A stretch of 63,902 bases of DNA, the filler included, from Octopus bimaculoides (lineage: Eukaryota): NCBI RefSeq assembly GCF_001194135.2. It is 6 parts of 6 records of this genome, joined end to end, with 100 filler letters (N's around TTAATTAATTAA, not from the genome) between each part and the next. Parts side by side here need not be neighbours in the genome. Positions count along the whole stretch, not along the records: positions 1 to 12,214 come from NC_068994.1; 5 more parts are not named here. One strand, written 5' to 3'. Both the position numbers and the translations under genes were made by a program. The notes under the pieces are model-generated. The model was not told where the DNA came from. It worked only from the letters and a program-made list of their open reading frames with translations, and made no database searches. This document shows positions 1 through 12,314 of this stretch, piece by piece (position 1 is the stretch's first letter; the number at the start of each line of letters is the position of its first letter).

Positions 1-433
1 TATGTGTGTGTATATATATATATATATACACATATACAAGAAAGAATATGCATATTCTGAAACACTGTATAAAAGAAGGGGAGAAGGACAGGGGAGGAAT
101 CAAAGGAGAAGAAAGGGAAAAGGGATGTGGTGAAGGATCAGGAGGAGGAGGAGGAGGAAGAAGAAGAAGAAGAAGAAGAAGAAGAAGAAGAAGATGGGGA
201 TGGGTAGAAGGAAAGGGTGGTAATGACAATGATGATGATGACGATGATGACAACGACAATGAAAGAAACAACAAAGCAGAAAACGAATGAGATGATTCTC
301 CCACCCCTCAACCTCTTCTCTCATAATTCAGTCACCTGAAATTATTGTCTGGATAGGATAAGCGAAACATGTCTGAAGCCTTTTTTCCTTGCCTTTCGTC
401 TTTGTTTTTTTTAACTGCAACCTGCTGGTCAGA

Positions 434-464
<31 letters not shown>

Positions 465-658
465 CAAACACAAACACACACACAAACACAAACACACACA
501 CACACATGCAGACACGCATATGCACACACACTCACACACACATACATACACACATGCATGTGCACACACACGCACACACACACACATACACACATGCACA
601 CACATGCACAAACATGTACATACACACATGCACACACACAATACATATACACCTCTCG

Positions 659-698
<40 letters not shown>

Positions 699-700
699 TT
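434..700. repeat. Compound (CA)n/(CT)n microsatellite; representative of dozens in the window
   Basis: Direct inspection; similar (TA)n, (CA)n, (CT)n, (TAA)n tracts throughout and at most gap edges. Confidence 0.95.
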
Positions 701-1242
701 CCATCGTTATCACTACTATCACTTTATTTCTTTTTCTTTCTCTCTCATAATTTTATCACTTACATCTCAATCAACAATTAGTAAAGTGCATGCTAACATA
801 TTTCATGTAATGAACCAAAAAAAACTAATTAATTAAAATTACAAATTTAGCTAAAAGAATGAGTGAGTATCTTAATGAACAATTCTGGTTAAAAAAGGCA
901 CCTTGTAGAATTGAACAAATCGACCCAGTATTTTATCAGTCTCTTTTGCTGAACGGATTAAGTTGTGGGAATGTAAACAAACCAACACCGGATGTCAATT
1001 GGTTGGGGGAGTGAGGAGAGAAACATAACTATGGTGATGTAAAGATTTATACATATATGCATACATATATATATTTACATATATACATATACATATCTAT
1101 ACATATACATATATATACACACACACACACACACACATATACACATACACACATACACACACACACTCACACTAGCAAAGCAAGATTCTTAACCACACAG
1201 CCACACACACACAAATATATATATATATAGATAGATAGATAG

Positions 1243-1436
1243 GTGCCTTCGTGCGGGTGACACGTAAAAGCACCCACTACACTATCTGAGTGGTTGGCTT
1301 TAGGAAGGGCATCCAGCTGTAGAAACACTGCCAAATCAGATTGGAGCCTGGTGTAGCCATCTGGTTTCACCAGTCCTCAGTCAAATCGTCCAACCCATGC
1401 TAGCATGGAAAGCGGACGTTAAACGACGATGACGAT
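1243..1436 (+). mobile_element. SINE 3' part with RTE-like tail ending in (GAT)n
   Basis: tagcatggaaagcggacgttaaacgacgatgacgat; same family recurs at 4717-4866(-), 17503-17872(+), 19735-19990(-), 24380-24609(+), 30085-30272(+). Confidence 0.8.
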
Positions 1437-2018
1437 ACGTACAGACGTATATATANNNNNNNNNNNNNNNNNNNNNNNNNNNNNNNNNNNNNNNNNNNNN
1501 NNNNNNNNNNNNNNNNNNNNNNNNNNNNNNNNNNNNNNNNNNNNNNNNNNNNNNNNNNNNNNNNNNNNNNNNNNNNNNNNNNNNNNNNNNNNNNNNNNNN
1601 NNNNNNNNNNNNNNNNNNNNNNNNNNNNNNNNNNNNNNNNNNNNNNNNNNNNNNNNNNNNNNNNNNNNNNNNNNNNNNNNNNNNNNNNNNNNNNNNNNNN
1701 NNNNNNNNNNNNNNNNNNNNNNNNNNNNNNNNNNNNNNNNNNNNNNNNNNNNNNNNNNNNNNNNNNNNNNNNNNNNNNNNNNNNNNNNNNNNNNNNNNNN
1801 NNNNNNNNNNNNNNNNNNNNNNNNNNNNNNNNNNNNNNNNNNNNNNNNNNNNNNNNNNNNNNNNNNNNNNNNNNNNNNNNNNNNNNNNNNNNNNNNNNNN
1901 NNNNNNNNNNNNNNNNNNNNNNNNNNNNNNNNNNNNNNNNNNNNNNNNNNNNNNNNNNNNNNNNNNNNNNNNNNNNNNNNNNNNNNNNNNNNNNNNNNNN
2001 NNNNNNNNNNNNNNNNNN

Positions 2019-2068
<50 letters not shown>

Positions 2069-2904
2069 TACATACATGTACATATACATATATAAATATA
2101 TAATATATATGTTTATGTCTTACATTAATAAAAGATAAATGCATACATAAATTTGATTGATGGAAGTTAGCTGAATAATGTGCATGGCTGTTGCTTGTTA
2201 ACGAGCACCAAAATAATGATGCCTTTTCTTTTTCTTTTTAGTCCAGCTGATGATAATCAGTTTTTACCACATTATTATTACATACATGTCTCTTCTCGGT
2301 TAAATGCACTACAGAATCATGACAATTACCATTGCATTCACGTATGTTTCTCTTCGTGACACCAATTGAAAGACAACATTTATTACATGCTTCGTGGATA
2401 TATATTCATGAAATGCACACTACAAACTCACACTTACACACACACACACACACACATGATGGACTTCCATAAAGTTTCTCTCTATCGTACTCTACTCACA
2501 AACTATTGGTCAAACGTGGAAGCATATGGTTGTGAAACACACCACATGACCACGCAGCTATACCTAATAAACTTCAAATAACCTCGTATTTTCTAGCACG
2601 TTATGTTTACTGATTCAATGATTAACAATTAATAATAATAGCGTTATTATCATTATTTTTAGAAATCAATAATTGTGGTAACCTAATAATGTTGTTGTTG
2701 TTGTTTTATTATTTATGATTTGGGAATGGGATGAGGAGTTGCCTTTCTTCCAGCACAAAGAATTGGTTAGGTACATTTTGGAATATGTCCCAACAAATAT
2801 TCAAGGTTTACAAATGCTTTATGGAAACACTCTAAAAATATTTATATATCCCAGTCCCAATATTTTAGGAAACACATTTCTGTTCATATTTGTTTTTATA
2901 TTTT

Positions 2905-2947
<43 letters not shown>

Positions 2948-2982
2948 AGCTCAATGTTCTAACCACTGAGCTATGCCGAAGG

Positions 2983-3016
<34 letters not shown>

Positions 3017-4884
3017 NNNNNNNNNNNNNNNNNNNNNNNNNNNNNNNNNNNNNNNNNNNNNNNNNNNNNNNNNNNNNNNNNNNNNNNNNNNNNNNNNNNN
3101 NNNNNNNNNNNNNNNNNNNNNNNNNNNNNNNNNNNNNNNNNNNNNNNNNNNNNNNNNNNNNNNNNNNNNNNNNNNNNNNNNNNNNNNNNNNNNNNNNNNN
3201 NNNNNNNNNNNNNNNNNNNNNNNNNNNNNNNNNNNNNNNNNNNNNNNNNNNNNNNNNNNNNNNNNNNNNNNNNNNNNNNNNNNNNNNNNNNNNNNNNNNN
3301 NNNNNNNNNNNNNNNNNNNNNNNNNNNNNNNNNNNNNNNNNNNNNNNNNNNNNNNNNNNNNNNNNNNNNNNNNNNNNNNNNNNNNNNNNNNNNNNNNNNN
3401 NNNNNNNNNNNNNNNNNNNNNNNNNNNNNNNNNNNNNNNNNNNNNNNNNNNNNNNNNNNNNNNNNNNNNNNNNNNNNNNNNNNNNNNNNNNNNNNNNNNN
3501 NNNNNNNNNNNNNNNNNNNNNNNNNNNNNNNNNNNNNNNNNNNNNNNNNNNNNNNNNNNNNNNNNNNNNNNNNNNNNNNNNNNNNNNNNNNNNNNNNNNN
3601 NNNNNNNNNNNNNNNNNNNNNNNNNNNNNNNNNNNNNNNNNNNNNNNNNNNNNNNNNNNNNNNNNNNNNNNNNNNNNNNNNNNNNNNNNNNNNNNNNNNN
3701 NNNNNNNNNNNNNNNNNNNNNNNNNNNNNNNNNNNNNNNNNNNNNNNNNNNNNNNNNNNNNNNNNNNNNNNNNNNNNNNNNNNNNNNNNNNNNNNNNNNN
3801 NNNNNNNNNNNNNNNNNNNNNNNNNNNNNNNNNNNNNNNNNNNNNNNNNNNNNNNNNNNNNNNNNNNNNNNNNNNNNNNNNNNGTACATTCATTAGCTTA
3901 TTCCCTGTGGCTTTTTGCCACTGGTGCCACCAAAAGTAAACAATATCAATGTTAAAGGTGTGAAATTGTAATGATCTTTTAGATGTTGACCGATGAGGAA
4001 TAAGCTATGAATTTTCTGTTTGTGATGTTTTTCTAATATTTTTGTTTGTTGTGTTTTTGTTAAATTTTTAAAATATATATATATTTTTTAAATATATATA
4101 TATTGCAACCCCCTCCTATCACTTCTTGATGTCCAGTGTTGGTTTGTTTACATCCCAATAACATGGTGGTTCAGCAAAAGACCAAGAGAATAAATAAATA
4201 TCAAACTAGTAAAAAAACAAAACCAAAAAAAAAGTACTAAGGTTGACTTGTTTGACTAAAAACCCCTTGAAGGCAGTGTTCTAGCAAGGGCGCAGTCCAA
4301 TGACTGAAACAAGCAACAGATAAAAAGAAGATAAAAAGTTATCAAACATCAAATTAATTTGACCGGAATCACCTCATATATATGTACATATATGAGGTGA
4401 TATGGAATTTATGAGAATACAAAAAAAAAAAAAGGAGGAAAGCTTTTGTAATAGAACTGATTACTTAGTTCAAAAACAAGGTTATTATTTCAACAAGATT
4501 AAAGAGAAATGTTTATGTAACGAATGGCATGATCATTGATTTGAAATCAATTTTTATCATATGCATACATATATATATGCCAACATACATCCATACATAC
4601 GTATACATAAATCCATATGTATGTGCATATGTGTGTGTATATATATATATATACATAATACATATGTATACATACATCCATATGTATGTATGAATATATG
4701 TGTGTGTATATATATATCATCATCATCATCCTCATTGTTTAATGTTTGCTCTCCATGCTGGCATGGGTTGGACGGTTTGACTGAGGACTGGCAAGCCAGA
4801 AGGCTGCACCAGGCTTCAATCTGATCTGGCAAAGTTTCTACAGCTGGATGCCTTTCCTAATGCCAGTCATTGGGAAATAATCAG

Positions 4885-5310
4885 CTAGCGCCCCTCTTGC
4901 AAATTTCAGGCCTTGTATCTATAGTAGAAAGAATTATTATTATCAATACTATCATTATTATTAGATTAAGGTGGCAAGCTGGTAAAATCATTAATGCACC
5001 GGGCAAAATGGTTAACAGCCTTTTGTCAAATTCCTCCAGGGTCAACTTTGCCTTTCATCCTTTCAGGGTTGATAAAATAAGTACCAATTAAATACTGGGG
5101 TCAACTAGTTCCTTAGCCCGACATTTCAGGCCTTGTGCCTATAGCAGAAAGGATTATTATTATTATTATTATTAAGGCAGCAAGTTGGCAGAATTGTCAG
5201 CACTCTGGGAAAAATACTTTGCAGCATTTTGTCTTAACGTTCTGGGTTCAAACTCCACTGAGATCCACTTTGCCTTTCATCCTTTTGGGATTGATAAAAT
5301 AAGTACCATG
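4885..5310 (+). mobile_element. Tandem fragments of a second SINE family
   Basis: Repeated ctttgcctttcatcctt...gataaaataagtacc core and (ATT)n tails; same family as 16232-16464. Confidence 0.7.
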
Positions 5311-6685
5311 CAGTGGGATTGAACCCAAGGCCATATTATTGAGAAACAAACTTCTTACCACACAGCCATGCTTACATTTACGTGTAAAATCATAGTTTTA
5401 TGCTCATGAGCCAAATCTGACCCAGCTTCGATATATCATTTTTTAAACTGTATCACTTCATTTAATTTAGTAATGCATGCCTTTAAGAAAGATCTGATCA
5501 TCACAGCTCCATGTTTTCCCTATTTCTGCTATAAATCAGAATATATGTGCATATTAGAAGAAATCAATAACCTCACCGATTGGCGAAGCAGCCAACAGGA
5601 TGTTGTTGTTTGATTAATTGACAGCTCAACAATGCAGCTGATGAAAAATACTTCTCTTGCATGTTCGTCACACCGAATACACATACAATGAGGTTTCAGA
5701 CGTGTCATTTAGTAAGTTGAAAAACATCAATAAACTGAGATTATCAAGTACTTAGAAGACGAAAACTCCCTCTAGGGATGTTTAAGATTTAAAACACAAG
5801 TTTTTCAAGAAAGGAAGGGAGATAACTACAGTAAAATCAGTTGATTGAATTTGGAGGTGATAATACAGAGACAGTTTTTATCTACCAAAATTTACTTTCA
5901 AGATATTTGTTAGCCCTGGACTATTGCAGAAGACATTTTTCCCAAGGTGTCACACAGGGTAGCCAGTAATTTGACTCCTGGTAATTTAACTCACAGTATT
6001 TTGACTCCAATAATTTGAACCCTGGTAATTTCACTGCCAGTCAATTTCACTCTTAGTAATTTCACACCTGGTATTAGAAAAAACTAAAACGTTGAATAAA
6101 GATAAATTAAAAGTTCGGTATAATGTAAAAATACTACAAAAAGCTTCAATAATGAGGATGGTTACGAGCTATTGTCCCTAAAAACTCCATCTTATTTTCA
6201 GGACTATGTCGCTCAATAATTATCTGCAACTGTTTGTTCATATTTTTATACTTTTTGTGGGGTCTCACAAATCTCACCTCAATCAAATTCAACCCTCTTC
6301 AGATGTGCCAAGTATTCTTCCCTTTTCAATGCAGTAATTAATTTCCATAGATTTGGATGTGTGCAAGTTAAAGAACTTTGTAGTGTGTTGTGATATCCCT
6401 CTAATAAATGGTTATTAGTGCGAGGTATATGCAATTCTGTTCTAAAGCAGACATTCCGACTATCAATGGGAAACGAAGGAGAAGATCTTCATTGTCTAAT
6501 TCCTCTACCTCACACTCATCCTATGCATGATAATCCAAAGTAGGACACAAGTTCTTGCAGAAGATCATCATCATCTACAAGATCTTCAAATCCATCAATC
6601 ACATCATTGAGAGGAAGAAGAGCCAGTGCTGAAAAACATCTGATTTTAATGCTAAACTCATTATCATAATGGTATTTTTCCTTAA

Positions 6686-6906
6686 CCCTTTAGCATTTAA
6701 ACCAGCCATATCCGGCCCAAATATTCTCCTTGTTTTATGTTCAAACTGGCCAGATCTGGCTTTGCACACTTATCCTACAATGTCATTCTAAGAATAAGCA
6801 ATCACATCCTCAAAATTTCAATACTACAATGTCTTTGCATGATTAATTCAAAACAATTTGAATAAATAAGCATTACATCTGACAGAATAATCCGAATACT
6901 AAAGGG
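6686..6906 (+). mobile_element. piggyBac-type MITE with TTAA target duplication
   Basis: TTAA|CCCTTTAG...CTAAAGGG|TTAA; excising it plus one TTAA restores the MULE reading frame (KYVNGFKEKYHYDNEF). Confidence 0.8.
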
Positions 6907-7165
6907 TTAAAGCCATTCACATACTTTTCTGTACACATTTCGAGACGGATGAAAAAGACAATATGAGATGGAAGCACTGGGAAACAGAAAAAAATGCTAT
7001 TAATGTGGGCTTTTTCAATATCCATCATGACATTTTCAGGCCTCAGTCCTTGACGTAATTCATTTAGCTTATTAAAAAGGTGGGGGTAAGTTTCTTGATT
7101 CTTGTTTGGAAGTAATGGAAACGATCGTGGAACACAGAATGAACCCACTTGAATATGAAACATGT

Positions 7166-7542
7166 TGTTGTTGTTGTTGGCACTCTGTCGCTTACGACGT
7201 CGAGGGTTCTGGTTGATCCGATCAACGGAACAGCCTGCTCGTGAAATTAACGTGCAAGTGGCTGAGCACTCCACAGACACGTGTACTCTTAACGTAGTTC
7301 TCAGGGATATTCAGCATGACACAGTGTGACAAGGCTGACCCTTTGAATTACAGGCACAACAGAAACAGGAAATAAGAGTGAGAGAAAGTTGTGGTGGAAG
7401 AGTACAGCAGGGTTCGCCACCATCCCCTGCCGGAGCCTCGTGGAGCTTTAGGTGTTTTTGCTCAATAAACACTCACAATGCTTGGTCTGGGAATTGAAAC
7501 CGCGAGTCCGCTGCCCTAACCACTGGGCCATTGTGCCTCCAC
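7166..7542 (-). mobile_element. Near full-length tRNA-derived SINE with (AAC)n tail and 11-bp TSD
   Basis: Head gtggaggcacaatggcccagtggttagggcagcg (A-box-like); tail seen as (GTT)n on +; TSD ATGAAACATGT at 7155-7165 and 7543-7553. Confidence 0.85.
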
Positions 7543-9526
7543 ATGAAACATGTACAACTGATAAAATACAGTTGGGGAGCATTTAAAAGTTCCTTCACCT
7601 ACCCAGTGTTTTACATTAACTAAGTCATCAAGCCCTTTATCAGTTGCAAATGCAAGTAATCTGTCTACATCAGTTTCACTGCTAATAAACTGCAAGAAAA
7701 GTTTGCCACTATCAAGGAACTTGTGTCTATTGGATATCACATAACCAAATCAACTCTGAGGGATTGGAGGGACACTTATTTTGCTTGATGCCAGTTCCTT
7801 ATATTGCGACTTGCACATGAAGAGGAGGGCATGTGAACTATTTTATTTTCATCAAGCTTTTCACAAGCTGTCACAATTAATGAACAAGAAGATTCCTCGG
7901 AAGTAGCTGCTTGTGCCATTGGGTCCGCTAAAGTTTTGTGAACTTTGGGTTTTAAAGCACACGAACTACGATGATGTTCACCAACATGGTATAATCTTCA
8001 TTGCATGTCATGATGTGGACTTGAGCTTTACAGAACTTTAAAAAAATTTCTCTGTCGTCTGTTTCCACATTACTTTTTCATTTCTCTCCTGTTCTTTCTC
8101 CATTCCCCCCCTTCCACTTTGACTTCGGATACCACTTCTTCCCTGGATTAAAGAAATGATATTTCTTATTCCTACGTTTATTATAGTTCTTTCGTTCCTT
8201 CAGTCTGTTTTTTTTTCTTTCTCTTTATCTGAGTAATGTGCATTACTTTATCTGATTGCGTTTCCCAATTAAAAACTATTATATAAGTTTATTTTTCTAT
8301 TTATTTCTTTCTGATTCCATTTTACCTACTTCTAACTTGATTTTGAAGTTTTTACCTTCCCTTTCTCTCAGTCTGTCTGTCTCTGCCTGTCTGCTTGTCT
8401 CTCATTCTCTCGTCTGATACTTCAGTTAAGTTCTCCCATTCAATTCTATACGTACAACTGACTTCCTCATTCCGCTTTTATTCCAATTTCATTTTTCTTT
8501 TACATCTCCATTCTCTCTAACTATTTTCTTACTCTTTCTCCTCTCTCTTACCCCGCCTTTACACTCTTACTCATTCTATAGTTAACTAATATCTTCCTTT
8601 TTGTCCTCACAGTCGCTAATTATGTCTCCTCCCTCACAGACGCATGTCTCTTTTCCCCGTCTCACTTCTTTAAACAATGTCTACTCTTTCCTCATAATAG
8701 CTACTGTATCTTGCTTTCCTTCCCTCACTGTTTCTATATCCTTCTCTAACACTATCTCTCTTTATTCCTTTTCTTTCCCATCTAATAACAGTAGCTACTA
8801 CCTTACTTTCTTCTTATAGCAGCTCATAGCCTTTACACGCTCTCTTCTTACAGCTTCTCTTTCATGTTTTCCTCCTCCCACAGCCACTACTCCCCTTCTT
8901 ACAGTATTACTCTCTTTCTTTCTCCCTACACAATAACAAAACACTCTCTTTTTACAGCTATTACTTTCTTTCTCTCTTCCCTCTCTACATAACAACCACA
9001 CGCTCTTTATTTACAACTACACGCTCTCTGTTCTCCCACCACAGCCACTACTCGTCTTCTCACAGCTATTACTCTCTCTCTCTCTCTATCTTCGTTTTCT
9101 ACACAACTACATACTTTCTCTTCTTACAGCTGTCACCCTATTTCTTTCTTTTTCTCTCCCTCTTTTCTCTCGCAATGTCATCACCCACTCTCTTCTTACA
9201 GTAGTTTCCTCTCGCTCTCTTTCCTTCACAAGAACTACTCACTCTCTTTTTTAGAGTAGTAACACTCTTTCTTTTTAATTCACCACAACAACGACTCGCA
9301 CTTGTCTTACTTCTACTCTCACTCTCTCTCTTTCTATTCCCTCTCATAGCCATTAAACTCCTCTCCCTCTTGCTCTGACTGCCCTTCCTCCAACTCCGCT
9401 TACTTATATCAACAGCTCGGCCACCTCAAATGAACTCGACCATCCCACAGTTCCCACACTCCAGTCACGTGGTCTCCATCGCTGCCGTGTAATAAGCAAG
9501 CAGCAGCAACAACAGCGAGAAATGCT

Positions 9527-9684
9527 ATGTCGATCCTCTTAGGTGTTTTCCTTCTTTGTCTCCTTTACGGAATCATCCGTTTGCTCAATTTTTGCAGCCC
9601 TTCTTTTTCACCACAGCTTTACTATGACCACAATTCACCATTCGTCCAAAATATCATACAATCATGTTCCCTTCTTCGACAACC
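9527..9684 (+). CDS. ABHD2: First coding exon of an ABHD2-like alpha/beta hydrolase (monoacylglycerol lipase ABHD2 family); rest of gene not seen
   Basis: Manual translation MSILLGVFLLCLLYGIIRLLNFCSPSFSPQLYYDHNSPFVQNIIQSCSLLRQP: hydrophobic signal-anchor, then a segment matching the vertebrate ABHD2 N-terminus as I recall it (LYVIVRCLNLKSPTAPPDLYFQDSGLSRFLLKSCPLLTKE). Ends at a canonical CC|GTAAGT phase-2 donor. Not in the ORF track because it is short. Confidence 0.82.
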
Positions 9685-11124
9685 GTAAGTACTAAAACCT
9701 ATGGTTTTTACAATTTGCTTTGTTGTTGTTGTTATTTTTAATTTAATTTTAATTGCTATAAAAGGCATGGGACCAAATATTGGGACAGTGCTAGCGGGAT
9801 TGTGTGGCATTCATGCATTCCCTATCCAAAGCGTTAAATGAAACAACAGAATTCTGTAGAATTGGGGACAGAAGCCAAACTGCGAACAAGCTTCGCTATT
9901 TGTTGTTGTTGTTGATGATATTTTTAAAAATTTAATTTTGATTCTGACAAAGACATAGAACCAAAAACATCGGGACACTGCTAATGTAATTATGTGACAT
10001 TCATGCCCCCTTTTACCCATAAAATGTTAATAAAACGTGGAAGAAATCTCTAGAATCAGGGACAGAGACTAAATTGCGGACAAGGTCCGCAATAGTTTTT
10101 TTTCTTTCCGACCCTTTCGTCTGCAACACAACACAGTCCTATTTTTATGTATTGAACCGTTCAATGTATATTACTGGTATCGGCATATATTATTGAACAT
10201 GGAAAGGGTGATAGATGAAATAAAATCAACTGCGATGGATATTAATTCTGAAATGAGAAAAATGAAATTAAAATACCATGTACGAAGCACTTATTTCATG
10301 CAACGATCACGTTCGGTCTTTNNNNNNNNNNNNNNNNNNNNNNNNNNNNNNNNNNNNNNNNNNNNNNNNNNNNNNNNNNNNNNNNNNNNNNNNNNNNNNN
10401 NNNNNNNNNNNNNNNNNNNNNNNNNNNNNNNNNNNNNNNNNNNNNNNNNNNNNNNNNNNNNNNNNNNNNNNNNNNNNNNNNNNNNNNNNNNNNNNNNNNN
10501 NNNNNNNNNNNNNNNNNNNNNNNNNNNNNNNNNNNNNNNNNNNNNNNNNNNNNNNNNNNNNNNNNNNNNNNNNNNNNNNNNNNNNNNNNNNNNNNNNNNN
10601 NNNNNNNNNNNNNNNNNNNNNNNNNNNNNNNNNNNNNNNNNNNNNNNNNNNNNNNNNNNNNNNNNNNNNNNNNNNNNNNNNNNNNNNNNNNNNNNNNNNN
10701 NNNNNNNNNNNNNNNNNNNNNNNNNNNNNNNNNNNNNNNNNNNNNNNNNNNNNNNNNNNNNNNNNNNNNNNNNNNNNNNNNNNNNNNNNNNNNNNNNNNN
10801 NNNNNNNNNNNNNNNNNNNNNNNNNNNNNNNNNNNNNNNNNNNNNNNNNNNNNNNNNNNNNNNNNNNNNNNNNNNNNNNNNNNNNNNNNNNNNNNNNNNN
10901 NNNNNNNNNNNNNNNNNNNNNNNNNNNNNNNNNNNNNNNNNNNNNNNNNNNNNNNNNNNNNNNNNNNNNNNNNNNNNNNNNNNNNNNNNNNNNNNNNNNN
11001 NNNNNNNNNNNNNNNNNNNNNNNNNNNNNAGAGTTATATCAAAACAAACTACGAAGAACTTGCCGACGATGACAATGGATAACTGACAATCTGCGATTGC
11101 TTACCCAAATCTTGCCGGCTTCTA

Positions 11125-11160
<36 letters not shown>

Positions 11161-12214
11161 ATTTTTCACGTTTCAGGGTGTTTTGTTATCTATGGATGTT
11201 ATTGAACTTATTTTTGTCTTTGTTTAAAGTAGAATGAATCACGTTCTTCTATTTTAATGTTGTTTATTCATTTACTTTACTTTCCATTCTGCCTGGGGTG
11301 GTTTGATTGTCATTTGGATAGGAAGCTTTTATTGTTTATTCGTTATGGATTAGATGCTTCTCCAGTCCCGTGTACCTGCCGCCACTCGCGATAATATCTG
11401 TCTGTCTATATATCTGCCTATCTATATCTACCTACCTACCTATATCTATCTACCTATCTATCTGTATCTACCTATCTCTATCTACCTACATATCTATCTG
11501 TATATCTATATATCTATCTGTATATCTATCTATCCATCTATTTGTATATCTATCTATATCTATCTGTATACACTCACACAAACACATTTTTTGTGTATAT
11601 ATAGAAAAATACATCTCTTCCTAGTATTCTTCCCTCATCACTCTATCTGTTAGTCACGCTCTTACCTCGTTACATTGACTCAATGAAATACTGAGGGATT
11701 TTTCTTAGTTCTTCAAAGAAGGCACTCTCGGTAGTATTGATGCCACAATAAAATTCACTGAATATTATCAATACAATTGTTAGTGATCGAGCAGAAAGAA
11801 CATAAGATGGAGAGGACTCTTTTTAGGACCTGACAATCACTCTGATGCCAATGTCACACTGAAATGTACTCAGTACACTCTGGTTGTAGGAAAGGCATCC
11901 GGCATTGCTAAGCAAAACAATAATGAAAAGTGTGAGTAAGACCTGCTTCTACGACCAACCTAGAAGGGCAGTAATTGTGATTATGAACTGATACAGAATG
12001 TAGGGTCCTATCCTATGTATACCAGTTATCTATCTATCTATCTATCTATCTATATATATATATATAAATATAATTAAGGGATCAGCAAAATATTTTGCTG
12101 ATCCCTTAATTATATTTATAAATATATGAACTTTTGAATAAGTTCTCCACCAATAATGGTGCTTTCATACCGATGGGCTTGGTAAAAATTATTAATTATT
12201 GATTTATTAATTAA

Positions 12215-12314
12215 NNNNNNNNNNNNNNNNNNNNNNNNNNNNNNNNNNNNNNNNNNNNTTAATTAATTAANNNNNNNNNNNNNNNNNNNNNNNNNNNNNN
12301 NNNNNNNNNNNNNN
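12215..12314. other. Artificial 100-bp contig spacer (44 N + TTAATTAATTAA + 44 N); also at 27249, 30908, 60471, 62326
   Basis: The same 12-mer, which has stops in all six frames, sits inside five N runs. Confidence 0.9.

Larger units (their letters stand above)
5966..8100 (-). mobile_element. Decayed MULE (Mutator-like) transposase element, interrupted by a SINE and a MITE
   Basis: Minus-strand fragments KHWVGEGTFKCSPTVFYQLYMFHIQVGSFCVPRSFPLLPNKNQETY, VMMDIEKA, and later RTNNH..EGYHNTLQSSLTCTHPNLWKLITALKREE are typical MULE DDE-domain motifs; stops and frameshifts present; 15-bp tandem repeats at the downstream end. Confidence 0.85.

Noticed and set aside
336-421. Possible minus-strand exon [28 protein letters not shown]
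   Set aside because: Weak acceptor inside a (GT)n tract, GTGACT donor, no recognisable homology.
1381-3896. Long ORFs of 200-330 aa in the track (also 10193, 27407, 47520, 51884 and similar)
   Set aside because: They run through N gaps and TA/CA/CT microsatellites; no real coding signal.
4368-4401. 14-bp stem hairpin
   Set aside because: Largely TA-repeat driven and too short to interpret.
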